64,000 nt of DNA from Squalus acanthias (Eukaryota). This document shows positions 60,269 to 64,000 of the stretch, one piece after another; position 1 is the stretch's first letter; every line of letters begins with the position of its first letter. The DNA lies in the NCBI GenBank assembly GCA_030390025.1, contig CM059438.1:66466001-66530000 (forward strand). Reading direction: 5' to 3'. The notes beneath the pieces are model-generated. The model saw nothing but the letters and a program-made list of their open reading frames with translations. It was not told the DNA's origin and ran no database searches. A program made the position numbers and the translations under genes.

Positions 60269-61456
60269 GGCCCCGATATTTGCGGGGAGGGAACAGGGGG
60301 ACTGTTTTAACGGTAAGACCTGATTAACATTTTTTGGTCTCTGTTTTCCGGCCACAGCCAGCCAGATTGAGAGGCTGACTGGCAGTCGGGTGAGTAGGCC
60401 ATCGGCACCAGCCCACAGCCAAAGATGGAGAGGAGGGATGGAGGGAGAGATTGGAAAGGCCGGCGGTCTGGGGAGAGATCGAAGGCCGGAGAGATAGGTG
60501 AATGGAGGGTAGGAAGATCGGAAAGGCCGGGGTGGGGATCGGAATGGCCGGGGGGAGAGAGATTGGAAAGACCAGGGGGAGATTGGAAAGTCCAGAGAGG
60601 GAGATTGGAAAGGCCAGAGGGGAGATTGGAAAGGCCAGAGAGGGAGATTGGAAAGGCCAGGAGGAGATTGGAAAGGCCAGAGAGGGAGATTGGAAAGACC
60701 AGAGGGGAGATTGGAAAGGCCAGAGAGGGAGATTGGAAAGACCAGAGGGGAGATTGGAAAGGCCAGAGAGGGAGATTGGAAAGGCCAGGAGGAGATTGGA
60801 AAGGCCAGAGAGGGAGATTGGAAAGACCAGAGGGGAGATTGGAAATGCTGGGGGTAAATCGGAGCCAGGAAGCACAGAGGAGAAAGGAGGGGCCGGAGGG
60901 ATCAGAAAGACCAGTTGCGGGGGGGGCGGGGGGGTGGGGGCGGAAGATCGCAAAGGCTGGGTCGGTGGGAGATCGTAGATCGAGGGGACATCGTAGTTTG
61001 GGGGGGTGTCCAATCGTGAGGGGGGTTGGCCGATCGCGGGGCGGGGGGAGTCTGATCGCTGGAGTGGTTTACAGGTAAGCTTGGGGGGCTGGGGGGAAGC
61101 ACTCCTGCTCCTCCTGGCCCACAAGCAGTGCTGGAAAGGCACTTACCTGCTAGATCCATCAGTCCTCGCCTCCCTTTAGCTGCCGGGTTTCCCGAGGCCC
61201 AGGAAACCCGGATGGCCAGGTGTAAACCTAAAATGGAGAGAAAATGTGAGGCACGCAGCCTCATTAAAATATTTAAATGAGCCACCCGCATCGTGGGAGC
61301 GATTAGTCGTCCGCCGCATCCCCACATTCTCCATCTTCCGTTAAAACTGGAACTGGGTGGTTTTGAGGCATGTTGGGTTCTGGTTTGAGATTTTTATCAT
61401 TTTAACATCCCACCCGACCAAAACCCACCCATTCTTGGAGTGTTAAAATTCCCCCC
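60269..61456. mobile_element. GC-rich Harbinger-type MITE containing a purine-rich minisatellite (GAGATTGGAAAG(G/A)CCAG..., ~60555-60845)
   Basis: TSD TGT; internal block shared with 11181-12147; about 14 copies of a 20-22-bp unit. Confidence 0.78.
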
Positions 61457-61689
61457 TGTATTGATTCATTTTATATTTGTAAAACTAAGTAAAGGTGTGG
61501 AATCCTATTTGTCTACAGTGATTCACGAGCCTGCAGGTGGTGTTTCTGCAATTACACAACATTGATTTTAGCAGATTGAGGGCGGGGGTAGATGGTAATT
61601 TTGAATATAGTATCTCCCTGTTAGCTGAGCTAGGAGATACAGAACCTTGGTATACTGCCTGACCCTGAGCTCTGTTTCCTTCCCCACAT

Positions 61690-62050
61690 TCCCTCTGTTA
61701 CTAGGGCCACATTATTCCACCTCTTCAACACTGCCTGCCTCTGCCCCACCTCATTCCCAGCTGCCACCAAAACTCAAGTCTGTGCCTTCATCACCTTAAG
61801 GCTCCAGCTCTCTCATGCTCTCCTTGCCAACGTCCCGACCTCAACCCTGCACGCGCTTCAACTTTTCCAAAATGCTGCAGTCATAACCTGATCCACACCA
61901 AGTCTTTTGCTCCCAAAACGCACGTTTTCGCCTAGCTCCACTGATTCCCTATGGTCCAGTGAGTTGACTTCACTATTCTCGTCCTCCTTTTCAAATCCCT
62001 CCATGGCATCACCCACTATACTTGGATGATCTCCTTCTACGTTTAACAAA
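61690..62050 (+). mobile_element. Old L2-clade LINE fragment
   Basis: Degenerate LQLFQNAA..LH..P...DF.IL..FKSLHG pattern. Confidence 0.55.
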
Positions 62051-63751
62051 AACCCTTCAATTTGCTACGTGCCTGTGTCTGAGAGTAGATGTCACCTCCA
62101 ACTCATAAACTCCTATTCTTGAGTAATTTTGTCTCATCGTCCTTTAGGTTTTTACAGAAGTGGCATGCTGCAAACTACTAGCACATCCTCAATCAGCCAC
62201 AGAGCTTGACTGTCTTGGCTGTCGCTATGCCTGCTGTCAATAACATCCAGTGGTTGATAGGAGCCTCATGCTGCAGGGCAGTGCAGCTTCCCCTGTGGAT
62301 GTCACTGTGCAAAGGCTTGCTGCATGTTCTTGGAGCAACGGTAGATATGGTGTGGAATGATTTGTGGTTGTAAGAATAAATATGAACTTAATATCGTAGT
62401 TGAATAATGTGTTTGGACGTGGCTTGCTAAGAATATGCAGAACCTCTGCCAAGTTGCCTTCTCTATTTCAACAAAACATTAATAATCGAATGTCTGCTCT
62501 CCGATTTTTAAACGCCCTAACTTGATAACAGCAATTCTGCTGATTTCAAAATATGACTTTAGCCCTTTATGTACAGAAACTATGCTTGACACTTGGAATA
62601 TGAATGCAAACTTGTATGATTCCAGTGCCAGAATTGTTGATGAACTGACTTAAAATCTGGGAATCAAGATTGACGAGAACTTTTGGAAAAGAACGTTTTC
62701 CTTCTTTTATGCCAATCTAACCTTTTACTCATTTCCTTGATTCACGGTGGTTCCAGTTGTTGGCCTTTGTATATGGGGATTGAAGTAAGACCACCAAGGC
62801 AAAACCAGGACAGTTAGTGACAAATGATGCTTAAGTTTTCGTCCTCTGGGGATTTGTTGGTTAATGGACACAGAACTTAAGTCCCTAGGTTTGAATCTTA
62901 AACCGTGCTGAGTTAGTTGATTGACCCGTGCATGTTCACTTGAAGGTGCATTACACCATCACAATTGCCACTGAGGGACAGTTCCTCGCCAGCTCTACTT
63001 ATGGCAATGCCAAATACAGTACCATAATGGATATGTGACTCTCCCTGTTTCAGTGTCCTCCACTTTGTTTCTCAATCATTCTGTTATTGTTGAAACAGGC
63101 TTTCTAGCTTGACATTACATAGCCTTGCGGTTGTCAAATGCCTCTCGGGTCAAATTACTTGTTGCCAACCATCACATCCATATTGGTTATTGTTCGAGCA
63201 GTTCCTCGATGGCTGAGAGTGTCACTGCGTCTTGTGTTGCTGAAATTTATAGCCTGGGAAAATCCCAATTATGATCCCTGTAAAAAGAGCAGAGCCGCGC
63301 TGCACTGTTGTTTAGATTTTGGTTTTATTATTATTTGTTCTATTTCAAGGCTGTCGCAGATTTAGTCTCTACTTGAAAAACCCCAGCTGCTCATTTTGTT
63401 CAATCTATGAAGAATGAAGGCCTTCTGTAATAATTAAAAAAACAAAACTTAAGAACTGCAGTTTAACGTATATTTTTGGGTTGCTAATCTTGCCCAGCAC
63501 AGAGGTGGATATTGACTTCACTAGCATTTTTAAGATCACTCAACCTTCAAGGGGAATTCTGGAAAATCCTTTGTTTAGGTTAATAGTTGCTTTGTTTTTT
63601 TTTATTCGTTGTTGAGGGGTTATTCTCTGGAATGACATTGACCGTATACTACACTCCAGTCATCAGGCTGCGTGAAGATGAGTCAGGAAATCTTCAAACC
63701 AGATACGTTTCATATTAGAGCTGTTCCACCATTGACAGCTCTGATAACAAT

Positions 63752-64000
63752 GGCCCATAATTTCTGACAGGAGGCTTCCTGCGTGCGGATGCCTCCTATC
63801 GGAAAAAAATCTATGCACTTACCTGAGGGCTCCCGAGGTCCGGACACTTCTGATGCTGGGCCTCTCCACAGTCCAAATGCGCAGGGCCCACGTATCCCAG
63901 GGGCGCATGCGGTTCGTAAACATCCCTGGGATCACATGGGCCAGGCCAGCCAATAGGAGAAGGGAATCTCCTTTCATACTTTTGACAGATAGACCTGTCA
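63752..64000. mobile_element. Start of a Harbinger-type MITE related to the 41422/56248 family (runs off the window)
   Basis: GGCCCATAATTTC terminus after AAT; CCCTGGGATCAC, GCGCATGCG and TTTGACAG..CCTGTCA motifs. Confidence 0.75.

Noticed and set aside
60324..61142. Several 150-270-aa repetitive ORFs
   Set aside because: Translations of the purine-rich minisatellite inside a MITE.

Overview
Repeat-dense eukaryotic DNA, probably from a cartilaginous fish (shark). This is inferred from the SacSINE1/Deu-type tRNA SINEs, the CR1 LINEs with ATTCTATG/TTCTTATG tails and a Penelope-type repeat. No host gene could be identified; there is one candidate exon at 25866-26037. The standout is a young, cleanly integrated 8.5-kb endogenous retrovirus-like provirus on the minus strand (328-8839) with TG..CA LTRs and a 4-bp TSD (CCTC). 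Its layout is LTR - PBS - gag (CCHC) - TGA CTG - in-frame ORF X - env - PPT - LTR. It has no protease, RT, RNase H or integrase. The slot normally holding pol contains a ~370-aa coiled-coil/acidic/repeat ORF behind a leaky-type stop codon. The env looks like a paramyxo/pneumovirus F-type fusion protein (lokiretrovirus-like) with an N-terminal Ig-like domain. A diverged solo LTR of the same family lies at 26851-28518. The rest of the window holds nested CR1/L2 LINE fragments, SINEs, three Harbinger remnants with Myb/SANT genes, many Harbinger-type MITEs carrying promoter motifs and perfect splice donors, a hAT MITE, two further solo LTRs, a Gypsy remnant and minisatellites. All family assignments are by eye, without database searches.
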